Counted from the first letter of the whole stretch, positions 39,301-53,200 are shown. The stretch is DNA of 54,014 nt, filler included, from Sluysia triapertura (GCA_046118255.1; 4 parts of 4 records of this genome joined end to end with filler, not necessarily neighbours in it), one strand, 5' to 3'. Program-made: numbers and translations. Notes: generated by a model from the sequence alone, not told the origin.

Positions 39301-39539
39301 CAACTTTCTTTATCATGAATAAATTAACAAACATTCCATCATCATTTTCTTCTTCCTTTTTTCATAATTGATTTTCTGTCATTTTAATTGAATTGATAAC
39401 TCTAACTTTTTCCTTAAAATGCTTATTTTCTTCAGTCAGTCTGTGCATTCACATCACATGAATAAAAAGCTGGTATTTTGTCTTATTTATATTAGTTTTT
39501 GATCATTTCACCTGTTAACCGGATTAGTTTGATTAGTTT

Positions 39540-40300
39540 ATTTTAATTTGCAATACCTTGGTATGTGTTCTTTTTTAATGCAATAGTAATATATAATCTC
39601 ATCATTAAATTGAACCGTTTTTCTAGAGTTACTGAATCTACTATCAAGATAATTATTTCAATTTGTGGAGTCAATGATTTTTAGATTTCTCATTAAAATT
39701 TCTAATACCGCTACCAAAACGATCTCCACTCCGATGTCTGAAAAATTGTTCAATTAAATTAAAGACGTTAAATTAAATGTTTTAACCTCATGTTGTTCTA
39801 CTTGTCCAATATTGAATAACATAAAACTGGCTTTACAAGGAATAATAGACAATCTAGATTCCATTTATGTGGCATGTGATTGGATATTTTCTAAAGTTAT
39901 AGAATCAGAAATAAGCAACTCCTTGCATGTACCCAAAATCTTGTATGTACTATCAGATCTTTTCTTTGATCTTTTTTTCTGGTCATAACTGAAATTGGAA
40001 AAAGTTTTTAAAGCCAATTGCTTCAAGTCAATTATATAGTAATTCATTGTATTTTTTCTTTTTCTTGTTCTGAAATTATCTGCCATTTGTAAATTGTATA
40101 TCCTTAGTAACTAAGTGGTTTTCAAATCTCTTAATTAAGCTCCATATATTTTTCTTATGTTATATCGAGATAGGCATTCAAAGTTCTTACGCATAAATGT
40201 AATGAGAATCTGTTTCATTGTTAGACTTCATTCCAACCATAAATTTGCAGCTTATCTGATTGTAATTTATGAATTGTGACAAACTATGCGGGTTTGCATC
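39540..40300 (-). mobile_element. Decayed LTR-retrotransposon gag
   Basis: YGWNE..NRFSLHL near the start, YIIDLKQLA, and zinc-knuckle remnant YYCIKKEHIPRYC at about 39590-39550. Confidence 0.45.
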
Positions 40301-40695
40301 ATAAGACCCAACAGAAGTACGTGTGACTATATTCGTGGTAATGTCAGTTGCTAACTTTGTACGTCCATCTTTTTGTTAAATTAAAATTAGTTTATATAAA
40401 AGTATATTTTCTCGTAAAAGAAAATAATCCTGTAAAATCAGCAATTTATTACTGCAGCAAAAAAATCACTTTAATGAAAACCTCAAAAAGTATCAATAAT
40501 ATTATTAAATTAACAACCAAGGCAAAAAAATATTGTATTTTTGTATAAAAATCAAAATAGCTTTGTATATGACTATGTAAAAATAGTCCTCAAATATTAA
40601 TTTGCTGCAAAATTCTCATAAACAATTGTTAAAATGATAAAACACTCAAAAATTATCAATATAATTATTAATTATGCTAATGAAGATTGCAAATT

Positions 40696-40770
40696 TGTTC
40701 GACTACTACCCACTTATAGTCAATATTACTTTTATAATTCTACATGGCACTTTAGGCCTTTGTCCCAACA
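40696..40770 (-). mobile_element. 75-bp TGTTGGG...GTCGAACA element lacking the tRNA module
   Basis: TGTTGGGACAAAGGCCTAAAGTGCCA start matches copies 1-3; end GTCGAACA resembles GTCTAACA; no clear TSD. Confidence 0.55.
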
Positions 40771-41175
40771 ATATTATACCTTTCTAAAAAAGTTAAATAA
40801 ATAATACAACTCGAAGCACCGATAGTTATGTTAAGTATTATATCTAGCTTCAGTTAGTCTATAACTCTTAACCTCCACTTCCTTAATTTATTACGATTAG
40901 TGTTAAAGACCAACACAAATTATTTTAAAAAAATAACAAAATGTAACTAAATTTTATTTTTATTTAAAGTTAATTCTTCAAAATCAAATTATAAATAAAA
41001 AATTAATAATAACAATGATAAAATTTTCGAGAACTAAGTTTAGATTGGATCTTTGTAAAACTCCTTTTTTGCAATAACATTAGCCAAAATAAAACTAGCG
41101 AGAGAATTTTCCTCTTAGCTGCTAGCTAAAAATGAGTTAAAAGGAGTTACATCCCCGACAATTTAAAAGATATTG

Positions 41176-41275
41176 NNNNNNNNNNNNNNNNNNNNNNNNN
41201 NNNNNNNNNNNNNNNNNNNTTAATTAATTAANNNNNNNNNNNNNNNNNNNNNNNNNNNNNNNNNNNNNNNNNNNN
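41176..41275. other. Artificial spacer / assembly gap
   Basis: N44-TTAATTAATTAA-N44. Confidence 0.95.
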
Positions 41276-42016
41276 ACACTCATTGAATCTTTTTCTTCAG
41301 TAATAATACTAAAATAAGGATAAGATTACGTGGTTAGTAGAGAGCTAGGATTTATTTTATTTTTATTATTTTATATTTTATATGTGGTAACAGCATTTAT
41401 GTTGTGTAACCCCTGTGATTTTTAAAAAATTAGAAAATAATTTATTAAAGAATTTGATTTAAAGAATTAAAAAGTTTGATATAAAGAAGTTGATTTATAG
41501 AAATATATTTGTCATATAGAGATTTGATTTGTATAACTGTTATATAAAAAATATATTGAGATTCAGTTTTATTTGATTTTTAGTTATTAAAGAGGGATAT
41601 TAATAAACGAAGAGACAACAATACTGATAAATGTGTAGTAAGTTTTATAAATAATACTCTTGGGCTGTAATAATTGATTTCACATTTATAATAATAACAA
41701 TATGATTTTGATTTGTTTTGATCATTAATATTGGGTTAATTATTATTATTTGATTTTAATATTATTAATGTTAATATTATTATTGGATATTATATTTAAA
41801 TAGTATAATAATAATAATTATACAAATATCACATAAAATAATGATAAATAAAGATAAATAAAAGTATTAATTAAATTAGTTGATTCTAAATATCTAAAAT
41901 AAATTTTTATTTTAATTTAATATTTTGTTTCATTAAATCAAAATATCAATAAAAAAATGGAAGCTTAGATTTAACTATTTAAAACAAATTTTTTATAGTA
42001 AAATCAGAAGTAAAAA

Positions 42017-42173
42017 TGTTGGGGTAAAAAGGCCTAAGGTTCCATAAGGTAAAATTGACAATAATAAAATAAAACTGTTAGACGGGGCTGATAGCTCAGT
42101 GGCAGAGCATCGAACTGCGCAACTAAAGGTTCCGGGTTCGAACCCCTGTCAGTCCATTTTACGAAGTCTAACA
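42017..42173 (+). mobile_element. TGTT...AACA tRNA-carrying element, copy 3 (157 bp)
   Basis: Full length; AAAA on both flanks; internal inverted pair TGTTAGAC (42076-42083) / GTCTAACA (42166-42173). Confidence 0.85.
42085..42156 (+). ncRNA. tRNA-derived pseudo-tRNA (72 nt)
   Basis: 7-bp acceptor stem GGGCTGA/TCAGTCC, D arm GCTC/GAGC, T loop TTCGAAC, TTTT terminator; anticodon stem TCGAA/ACTAA does not pair. Confidence 0.7.
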
Positions 42174-44282
42174 AAAACTAGGAATTGAAAATTAAAGATT
42201 ACTAGGACAAGCAGCAGAAAAAATATAATTGAAGAAAAATTCTACGAAGACAATTAAGTCCATGAGTCAAAAGTAATTAAAACTTACAGTTTTTTCCAAA
42301 ATCCTAACTTTAAACAAATAGGATTAATTAATATATACTTAAAATTTTATTTTCATTTCCTAGACCGTAAAAAGGCTAGGTTAATTTGTAATTTAAAATC
42401 TAATTTTGATCTCCCAAGCCTTATGCTTAGGGAAGTAAACTCATTATTCTTATATTTTAAGCTTGAATAGAATTTTTTACGATTTATATAATAAAGTTTT
42501 TGTAGTACTTATTTATTATTCATTATTAAAATCATTTACAATTTAATCATACCGTAAAACGGCTGATTCAAACTTTAAATTACTTTAATATTTGAGAGAC
42601 CGTAAAACGGATGTCTTAATTTTTTCAATTTTCATTTTATTTAGATTTTAAAGTATTTAATATATTAAAAATTGAATTGAAGTGTTAAAACAAAATTATA
42701 AGCACAACCTAAAAAACTATTTATGATAATAGGTTAAATATTACTCGTGACACATCATTTTAAAATTTGTATTACAAAAAGGTGTATTATTACGATGGGC
42801 CATAAATTACATTTAAATAATAAAATATTTAACTTAATTATTGTTACATTCACATTAAGATGTTTTAATACAATTTCATTATTTTATTAGATGTAAACTG
42901 TTACTTATTAAGAAACATTTTTTAATACAAGGAAGTGTTCAATATATTAAAAGTAATAATTCATTTAAAATAAATTATTAAATATCATATTTTGTAATTT
43001 TGTTTTACTTATTTAAAATGGTATAAATTTGACTTATTTAATTTAAAACAGTAAATAATGTACAATAAACTTATCTTTGTTTTTAATAATTTTTTGTTTT
43101 CTTATTTTGACTATTTTTTGCATCAAATTTGGTTGTTATATAAATAGTATGCATTGTTTTATCACAGCCAATTTTGATGAGATTAAGTAGTCATTAAACA
43201 ACAAGAAAATACTGAAACGTAATTAATTCTTAGAAATGTCATGTTACTATGATTATATCACATTGGAGATCGTTTCATGCACAGCGGTTTGTCTTATGAA
43301 GTTTTTATTGATTTATTGTATCTCATTTTGTGGTTTTGATGTTACAGTCATGAAAATTTTATTGTCTACAAAAGCAGAAGTAATAATTAATATACTATTT
43401 TGTATAAAATACATAAATAAATTTTAATTTCTATTTAGTGTAGATTAATTGCACCTGAATATGTTTTAATATAATGGGTTTTAGTTTATTTGATCGATGG
43501 TTGTTAATTAAATGGGTTTCACATTCATATAATTTGCAGATTCTAGATATATTGTGCTTTTGTAATGAGACACTATGTAATTAAAATGTTGGATTACATT
43601 TTAAACCTTTTTTTAGTATTTTTGTAATTTATCCTAATTCATTTTTCATTGCATATTAATCCTAAATAGCATTAAAATTTTATTTTCCAATAATTAAAGT
43701 GTGATCTATAATATTTTTAAGTGCTTTTGTGAGTTTAATTTAAAGATAAATGTGTAAATGGATATCAATGTAAAGAACTTAATTTAATTGGTACGCGCTA
43801 TATAAATCCTTAAAACATAAAATTTAATCATAAATAACAATATAACATTACAATGAAATTTCTAAAAAAGTAAATCGAGTTTTTTCATTTTTTTCTCTAG
43901 AAGTCTTTCATGTACAACTAAAGATCTCTTTCGTTTTACATTGACTTTCTAAATTATATTTTGAAGCTAGATGCAAACTGGATAAACAATTGTTTATTTT
44001 ACTTGAGTTTAAAGAAGAGGACAAAACCTATTCACTTAAAACTTACTATTTAACGGAAAAAGTTATAAATGTGCTAAATCCAAAATCCTCGTGGTATATA
44101 ATCTTAGCTCCAATTAACATCCTTGATTTTTGTGTAATCTCCTCTTGATACTTACGATGTTTATTCTCTGTGGTCTCTAAAAATCATCTCTTTGTCCTTT
44201 TCAAAATTAGTAATCGTGTTATTGTGGTATGCAGACTTCTTTAAGGTTTATATATGTGAATGTTGAGGGTCCTTTTATATAG

Positions 44283-44441
44283 AATTATTAAATTACTACT
44301 TTCAATACAAATTAATGCAATATTTAATAATGTAAGGAACATATTGTACACATTGTAATGAACATACATTATTAATTTGTGACAATTTAACAAATTATTG
44401 ATTTTCTAGTAACTTCACAATTTATTGATTTATAATTTTTG
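44283..44441 (+). repeat. Left arm of a long imperfect inverted repeat
   Basis: aacatacatt..tttgtgacaatttaa..ttcacaatttattgatttataatttttg is the reverse complement of sequence at 48434-48538, and acaaattaatgcaata matches about 48644-48665. Confidence 0.7.
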
Positions 44442-44449
44442 TTAAGTCA

Positions 44450-47092
44450 ATGGGTTTTCTATGCATTGGGGTTGGGATTATTGTTTCATCATCATTAGCT
44501 TTATTTTTCCTAGGTCTACTTGGTCTTTTAAAAGCATTTGTTTTTTTATCTTCAGTTTCTACATGTGGCTTTTTGTTTAAGTCTACTATATAATCCGGTT
44601 TGTCTTCATCATTATCATTAGTAATGTCTATAACTTCATTTTAATTATAATTATCTTCCATTAATTCTCTTAGTAATGAACGTGGGTTCGTTCTATCCAA
44701 ATCAACATCATTATCTTCATTTATTAATCCATCTAATTTTCGTAAATCATCTGAAGGCTTAGTATATGCCATTATAACTGCGGAAGTCATTGACGCTTTC
44801 TCATGGTTTCCATTCATTGATGGATAACCGTAATCATTTATATAATTATTAGGTAATAATTTTCTATCATAAAAATATAAATCAACATCAGTTATAGCAG
44901 AGTCATTTGACTTAAGTAATTCTATAATATCTTATGCAATTGAAGTTACTGAAAGTTCCATGGTAATATTTAAGGCATTGTTAATAATTATACATATTTT
45001 CATTAATTCTTTAGGGTTACCTTTTCTTTCTTTTTGTCCTATTTTCCTTAATAATTTTCTTGCTTTACTCTTGTATAAACTATCTTCCTTACTTAGAATA
45101 GCTAATACTAATTTAATATCATATCCATTTTGTATACTTAATTCTAAATTCAATAAGTCATTTAACTTTTCATTTAAGTCCTTGCCATTTGTCATATTTG
45201 ATAAAAATTCCTCAACCTTTTGGTTAATTTCTTTAATTCTTATTTCTGGGGTATCTATCTTTTCATTAGCTGATATTATTATTACTGATTCCATTTCTTC
45301 TGTGGCACTGTAATACGCACCTTTTTCATCTGTCTCCATTTCTTATGTTTGTAATTTTTCATCATCAGTTTCTTTATTATTAATAATATTTTCTATATCT
45401 TTTTCTACTTCTTGATCATCACTTAGTTCATTATTTGGTTGTTTTTCTTCTTGATTTGATTCTTCTTCTGTTGAACTTGATTCTGAATTCGATTTTTTTC
45501 TTTCCTTCCCATTTGTCAATTATTACCTGAATTCTTTTTATTTTATCTTCATTTGAAATCATTTCTTTTATCTCTTTTATTTGTTCAATACTTTGGTTGA
45601 ATTGTTAATCTATTTTCTTCTTTTTCTTGTTGTTCCCTTCTCTGTTTATACTTCTGAAATTCCAAATATCTATCATGCATATAACTCATAAAGATTTCTT
45701 CTTGTTTATTCTTAAATCTATTTTTATCACAATCTTATCCAGTGATATAGAATTCTCGTAGCATGGCATTCTTTTCTTCGTCGATAATTAACTTAAAGTA
45801 TTTATCATCTTCTTCATCGCTACTCATTTCCCTTCTTCTAGGTTGTCTTCTACTTCTATTTCTTTCTTGATGTTGATATTCATCTTCATCTTCGTACTAG
45901 TTCCTGTTATTTCCATAATCTTTTAGACTTCTATAGTCACAATTTACCTGTCCTTTATTATTCTTATTGTTATCATTATCATTAAACATTACTTTCCTAT
46001 TAGGGCTTTGGTATCTTTGTTGATATTGGCCCTTTACCTTAGTAAAATCTTAAGTAAATACATTTTGTCTTAATTTCCTGCAATCTCTTGCGTAATGTCT
46101 TTTTTATTACAGTTATCACAGATTATTTCTCCATCTATATTAGTTTGAGTCTTATTATTGTTTTCATAACTTATTGGACTCTTACTCCTATTCCTGTTAA
46201 AGTTAGAACTCGGTGGCCATCTTGGTGTTGGTCTTTGTTCATATATAGAAGCACCATAATTATTTGTTCTATTGCTTTGGAATCCTCTATCTCTATTATT
46301 ATTTCCTCTATAATAATTATTTGAGTTACCCGTGTGATTGCTGAATTATTTCTGGAATTATATGAGTTGCTTCTATAATTGTTTGAATAACCTCTATAAT
46401 TATTTGAATTTGAATTACCATTGCCACTATCTGGGCTATTGTAGTTAAGCCATTATATCTTTCATAATTCTAAAAATTAAATTTATTATCATAATTATTT
46501 GTATTTCTTCTTAATTTCGGACTTTTATCTCCTTTGTCTTCATTGTCACTTATATAATCAATATTATTCTTATTCTTTATATACTTATAGGAACGTTCTA
46601 TGCTTCTTATTTTCTTAATATCTTCTTTAAAAGGTTTTCTTTCTATTAAGGTGACACATGTTATTAATTCTGGTCATAATCCAGTTTTTAGTTTATCTGT
46701 TAATGCTATTTCTTTTTTATCTTCAGAGATTTTAGCTCTAGCAACAAGGCTTTTAAGAGCACAAGCGATTAATATGCAGATTCATTTGGCTTTTGAATCC
46801 TAGAGTTTAACGTCATCAAGTGCTATTTCTTCAGTAAATTCATTCCAAGTTTGTTTATTATTATTACTTATTTCCTTATAGGTCTGGATAGTCACGAATA
46901 ATTTTGGATTCGTTTTATTTTTTCGGCTTCATTGCAGCCGTTTGCTTCAGCTATGCTTTCATATTCGAATAAGAAATCACAGATATCTTTCTCTGATCCG
47001 TCAAATTTTTTAATTTCGGGTAATGCCATCATTGGGCACATTTCTCTGCCTAATTGAGCCATATATTCCTTAAAATCATTAGGTAGAGCCAT
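44450..47092 (-). mobile_element. Decayed gag with a long charged C-terminal region; no pol or env recognised
   Basis: MALP...EIKKFDGSEKDICDFLFEYESIAEANGCNEAEK (gypsy gag F.G....D.FL..YE..A..NGW pattern); segments homologous to the gag at 21040-22090. Confidence 0.7.
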
Positions 47093-47341
47093 ATAATTTC
47101 TTAATTTTGATCTGTAATCGTCATATAGTACAATTTGTTTATCTATTTTTCTTAAACTTACTTAATCTATTAATAATCAACTTAGGGAATAATAATTTTC
47201 CTAAAATTTAACTTATTCTTAATGAAATCGTAATCAAATTCTAACACTATTATTCTAAAGCTTCTTCTTAAATGCTTAAGTGCTTAAATCTTAATACTGG
47301 TTCTCAAATTCTTCTTTAATTTTATATTATGTCAATATTGG

Positions 47342-47359
47342 TCCTTACTCCGGGCACCA
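47342..47359 (-). promoter_or_regulatory. Primer-binding-site-like sequence TGGTGCCCGGAGTAAGGA
   Basis: TGG-starting GC-rich 18-mer about 250 nt upstream of the gag ATG, shortly after ...CACACA; primer tRNA not identified. Confidence 0.45.
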
Positions 47360-48433
47360 GTTTATTCTGTGTGAAAATTCTTAGAATAAAGTATGATTTT
47401 AACGTGAGTCCACCAACGTACTAGGCTTACCAGTTAAGGCTAGCCATTGGATTTACAAATAAAAGATTTTGAAGTAAAGGTTAGAATGACTTTCCAAAAC
47501 GTGTGTGGTTTTACTAGGTTATTTTTGGCCTAATATCTTTACTGTTAATTTCAAATTTGGTAAATCTGGCTGAATTGTGGAGGTATTTTTAATAGATAAA
47601 AGTTAATGCAAGGTGTCACTAGTATTAAAATTATGGGCAACTAAGGTAAATGTTTCATTAACTGAAAAAATATTAATAGAAACAGTTTACAAAGCAATTT
47701 ACGAGGATCCTATGAAAAGGATCTATGAAAAGTGATTTTATGTTATTAGAATTAAATTCTAATAGATGAAAGCTTTACTCCACTGGGAATTTTATAATTA
47801 AAACCATAAAATTTAATAATGAAAAAATGAATTCTTATAAATTTTTATTATACGCTTGATAAATTAAACAAGATTATAAATGTAATTAAATAAATAAGTT
47901 ACGTGGAATTAATCAAATCTAATTCTCTAATTGATGATATTTTAGCAATGATTTTACGAAAAATCTATTATAAGATTTTTTGGAAATAATTACAAAAATG
48001 GTTTTAAGTCGATTTTGCGAGGATATATATCGTATATCCGTAACTTAATATAATAAACTAACGTATTTATCAAAAAACCGGAATTTGGTGAAAATTTTTC
48101 TTAGCAGGAATCCTTTAATCAAATTTGCTTTCTCTTGCCATTTCGTTGAGAAAAGGTTTATAAACTTTAACAAATTCTGGTTAAAATTTATGTCTCTCAA
48201 AAATGTGCTAACAAAATTGTGTGCTGTTTTTGCAACTATTTATAGTCGATTTAGCTGGCCTTGGCCAGATTAAAACAAAATATTTTATTTAATTTATTAA
48301 AACAAGATTTTTAAAGATATTAAAATAATTTAAAATTTTACGTATAATTAATATAACTGCTTACGTTAGTTTATTTTAAAAATAATAATCCAAAATTAAT
48401 TAGATAAATTAATGCGACCAAAAATATAAAAAT

Positions 48434-48690
48434 CAAAAATTATAAATCAATAAATTGTGAATAATCAATAAATAGTTTTACAATGTGAATAATATGTAAG
48501 TATTAATAAATAATTTAAATTGTCACAAAATGTATGTTTTATTTATTCATTATATATAACTATTATATATTAATGTGTTTTATATAAATTTAAAATTTCG
48601 AAATTTTGACTGATAGAGTCGGAAAATATTTTAATTATTTTTATATTGCAAAATTAATTTGTTTTTTAAAGTAAGTATTTTAATTTTTAT
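48434..48690 (-). repeat. Right arm of the long imperfect inverted repeat
   Basis: Inverted match to 44283-44441, with insertions. Confidence 0.7.
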
Positions 48691-51600
48691 TATTTTAATG
48701 ATTATATAGTTACATATTATCTTACAATAAATTGTTTGATACTTTAAAATTAATTAATAAAAGGATTGAATTTAAATATTTAAAAAGTAATTATAAATTA
48801 TTACTATGACAACAGATTATATAATTTTCTGTAATATCAATTAAAACTTTTATGAAAAAGTTGTATCAATTCGTATATGTGCATAAAATAAAATTATAAT
48901 TGTAATATATAAAAAGTGTGAACCTATGAAAACTTAGATTGAGTATCATCAAAAATTATTTTAAGTTAAAATTAATGTTCGTTAAATTTATTTTAATTTG
49001 TTATATCTAAGCTTTTATTATTTATTGATTTTTCGTAATAGTGTAATATAATTATAAAAACTTTAAAAGTAATTGAGTTACTTTGTTACTGTTTTTTATG
49101 CATTATATTATTTCTCATAATAATGATAATATAATTATAGTAATAATAATAAAAACGAATTTCCTGATCATCAAATAAACGCATTCATGAAAGCTTTAAT
49201 TAATAAATAATATAATAAAAGAACTTTTTATTATTTACATTACTAAATTGAAATTGCATTAATTATTTTAATATCAAATATTTTATTTTAAATTTTATTT
49301 ATAATATGATCATATGTTTAAAAATATTAAATTAATATTTTAGATTACAGTTTAAAACCTTCGAAAATGAAGAAAGCTTATCAGACAATGATTTTTCTAC
49401 AAAATACACAATTATCCAAATAAATAAACAGATAATTAAAGAAATAAGTTAGGGTATCTGAACTTTAAGATAGTATATGCAATGGATATGTAAGATATGG
49501 AGCATTCGTCATATGAAAATCAGTAGCAAATAAGTAATCAAATATCAGTGTTAATTATTTTAACTAAATATGAGAATAAATTAAATTAATATTAAATATT
49601 GCAAATCAATTATGTATGAAAACTAAAATATATTAATTATAAATGATTTTTTTAATTTATGAGAATTAAAATATGCTTTACAAAATTGTTATCAGATAAA
49701 TAGCTAATTATCGTGTGAATAATAATTATATGTAAATCAAAAGACCGTAAAAGAACTGCAAATGTTCGAAAAATTAATTAGACTAGGCCAATTAACAATG
49801 AAGCTAAAATATATTTAAGCTACTGCTCTTATCAGAAGAATGTCTGTAAGAGAGATAAATACTTAAATAAATATGTTAAACCAGTTCTTGTGGAATAAAA
49901 TATCTTATTCTACATTGCATTATTTGGCAGCTTTGGAAACAATTTATTATTCTTCATCTGTATTTTAGTTCCGTAAGTTTATTATTTTAAGATTTCTCTT
50001 CATTATGAGAAGAGATAAATTCAAACACAAATTTCACATTTGTTGCTTTCTAGCTTAAGCTAGATACAAAATCATTTTTTTTTAAACTTTAAGAATCTAA
50101 GTAGTAAGAATGCTTATATATTATAGTAACACAGTGAATTTAGTTTTAATAAAAGAATCTGAGATATATTACTTAATTTAAATCGGTTAAGAAAAACGTT
50201 ACATAATGCATTAAGAAATAAAATCTTAATTTTTCTAAATCTACCAAGTCGTTCAATAGTTAATTAAAAAAAGTAAGAAAGTAAATCTTTATAGTCAAAA
50301 GATTCTAAATTTTGCCATAAGGTAGAGACCATTGCATAAGATTTTAAAAAATTCCTATAAATACGTCTCTCGTATTAAAATAAATCGTATATAATAGACT
50401 CGAACTTAGTTGAAGGATAAACTAATTTTGCAAGTTTATATGTTTAAGAACGAATTAGGTTATTAAGTACTCAAAGGTAAAAGTTAAAAATGCTCGATAG
50501 ATAAATTTAAGAATTTAAAAAACAAAAGATTTAAAAATTGCAAATACGTTCTCTTGTTGTATAATTAAAGAATGAACTAAAAATAAAACAGAATCATAAT
50601 TAAGTCATTCTTAACTATGAGAATCATATTGCAAAATATTTAAAATCGTTTCTATTTAAAAATTTGACATTTATATTTTCAGATACAATATCTGAGAAAT
50701 GCTTTTTTAGTTAGAACTACCTCTAAAAAAATACTATTTAAAAAAACAATAACAAATTTGCATAAACTTTATAAGCACGTGAAACAAATATTTTGGAGTA
50801 TTTTGTATTTAATTTATTAATTGATTAACGTTTTAAGTTTCAAAACTAAGAATAATTAATTATCCACGATGTATAATAAAGTTAAGAAAAATAAATTAAA
50901 TATTAAAAAACAGACCCTCGTTTAAGATTATTTTAACAGTTTTAAGATTAAGGAAAGCTTAACCGTAGAATTTGACTAATGTAAACCGTTGATTTCAGGC
51001 GAACCTATATTTTTAATTATATTTATTAGATTCAAGAATAAATCGCAGCAATATATCAAATCCGATTTTTATTTATCCTTTGAAATATGACCGTAATTTT
51101 TTAAATAATGATATAAAAAATTGAAAAACTTTACAAAAGAAACATTTTGTTGTATTAATGATGTTTCAACAATACCTTTATGAAAGTTAAACAAATAAAT
51201 TATCAAAATTTATAACAAACATGTAACTAATAAAATATTTAATAACTTAATCAAAATTTGAAATTATTAATTTTTATTTATTTAAATATTCAATATTACT
51301 AGATTTTATTATGTTTTGTTGAACATCAAAAAGTGCTTTGACAGAAATTGAACTTTGTACATTTGGATTTAAATTAGCTTATATATTTTCAGAAAAGTAT
51401 AAAGGTATCGATGATTTAATGATAATTGTTTATTGGTATAAAACCTCGAATATCGAAAAATTAAAGAAATCGACGACTTCGTAACGTAATCAATATAGTA
51501 ATATTATATTTTATTATTTCAAATATTTAAAATAACATAATTTATAAGTATGTTAATTATAAAGTATTTGAATAATTATATAATTTTATTTATATATTGC

Positions 51601-52180
51601 TTCTTAATACATTGTATTATTTTTAATTTAAATCATAATGTAGTAAATTTATTTGTTACGGTGACAATTAATTAATGTACAAAATTTAAATTTTATCATA
51701 GAAAAATTTTAAATTTATTTTTTTGAAATTTATATATTATGTAAGTAATTAATTTTAATTAAATTGCAAATTTAGTATAGCTGTTTCATATTGCGACACA
51801 ATTAAAAAATTAAGATCAGAATTAATTTTTCCCAGTTGGAGGATTAATTTTGTCATTTTTTAAATTAATTTATTTTTATACTCTTAAAATGAAACGTTTT
51901 TTTAGAGCAAGGTAGAAGTACAGTTTTAAATGGATCTATTTAAACACTAAAAGCAGTAAGAAGATTAAAATTTTTACATTTATTTAAATATTTTATTAAA
52001 ATCTCAGTGCAAGGTTTATTTAGAACAATGATATAATTTTGTTTGTGATATTCTTGTCACGTGAATATACTACATATGAAGGTGTATAATGCTAATATTT
52101 ATCAGATCGGTGAATTAAAATTTACAATCAAAATCATAATTCAAAACTACTATATTTGAGATACAGTTCTGTGATTTTAA

Positions 52181-53200
52181 CCCTTTCGCCGCCGCTGGAA
52201 CCAATTGGTCCCATACGTATTTCTGCAAGTTTCTCTCAGGCTTAAGCAGGTCATGATTTATATTGTTTTAGAGGATTAAATAAGGACAATGTTTGCATAA
52301 TCGTTTCTGCTTTTAAAGTGTGTGCACAAAGTTATTTCAGTAATATATCACCAATTTGTGAGAAAAATATTTGAATCAAATATAATATGTGAAAATATTA
52401 TAAAGTCTAAAGTTATTATTACTTTTGTTAGAAGATGGCAAAGGCTAATGATTACGATGAGTTTATGGCTGATAATATGTCAAACTACGATAGTGACGAA
52501 GATACTGATGTCGAAGAGAATATTGACTCAGATTTATTGAATGATACATGGACGTGGTAAAATACGCACTTTCAACCAAATTTTCATAATTATACATGCC
52601 AGGCAAAACCAAATATTTCGAATATTTTTTTGATAACGACTTCATGACTGCTACTGTAAACGAGACCAACAATTATCAATTTCAAAATCCAGTTGGTGAA
52701 CGTGAAATATTGGTTAAAGTGACTGTTGCTTATTTGTGGATTTTCTTCGGATTAGTTTTACTCGCAATGAAAATGATTTGGAACAATGTTGGGCCGTAGA
52801 TAGTCTCATTTCAACAGATATTTTTGGACGAATAATGTCAAGAAATAGATCAGAGATATAATGCGTTGTCTTCAATTCAAAAACAATACAATTCCTTCTC
52901 ATGATCGACTGTGCAAAATAAAGAACGTTGTGCATTGTCCCGTTTCAAAACTTGTGTTTCGACGAGAACCTTCTTCTTTGAAAAGGACGGCTTACATGCA
53001 AGCAGTAAATACCATCTGGTCTGAAAATGTTTTTACTAGTTGTTCTTGACATAATTATTTACACTGGAAGTACAACAGAAATCAGAACTGTTCTAGACCT
53101 TGGTTTTAGTGGTTCAATTGTTATGACGCTGATGAAGAAAAATACGCTTTATGTCGATAATTGGTATACGAGTCCCAAACTATTTGTGTAATGGCCGGCT
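52181..53200 (+). mobile_element. piggyBac element: 5' end and transposase pseudogene, 3' truncated
   Basis: TTAA-CCCTTT end; acidic N-terminus from ATG 52435; EYFFDND..TVNETNNY, IMSRNR, DRLCKIK, IIYTG, GSIVMTLM and YVDNWYTSPKLF motifs with frameshifts. Confidence 0.9.

Noticed and set aside
49450-51450. Possible LINE ORF2 remnants (NSYKYV, KKCFD); also a GDSN-like endonuclease motif near 35360
   Set aside because: Motifs are too short and scattered to support a call without a search.
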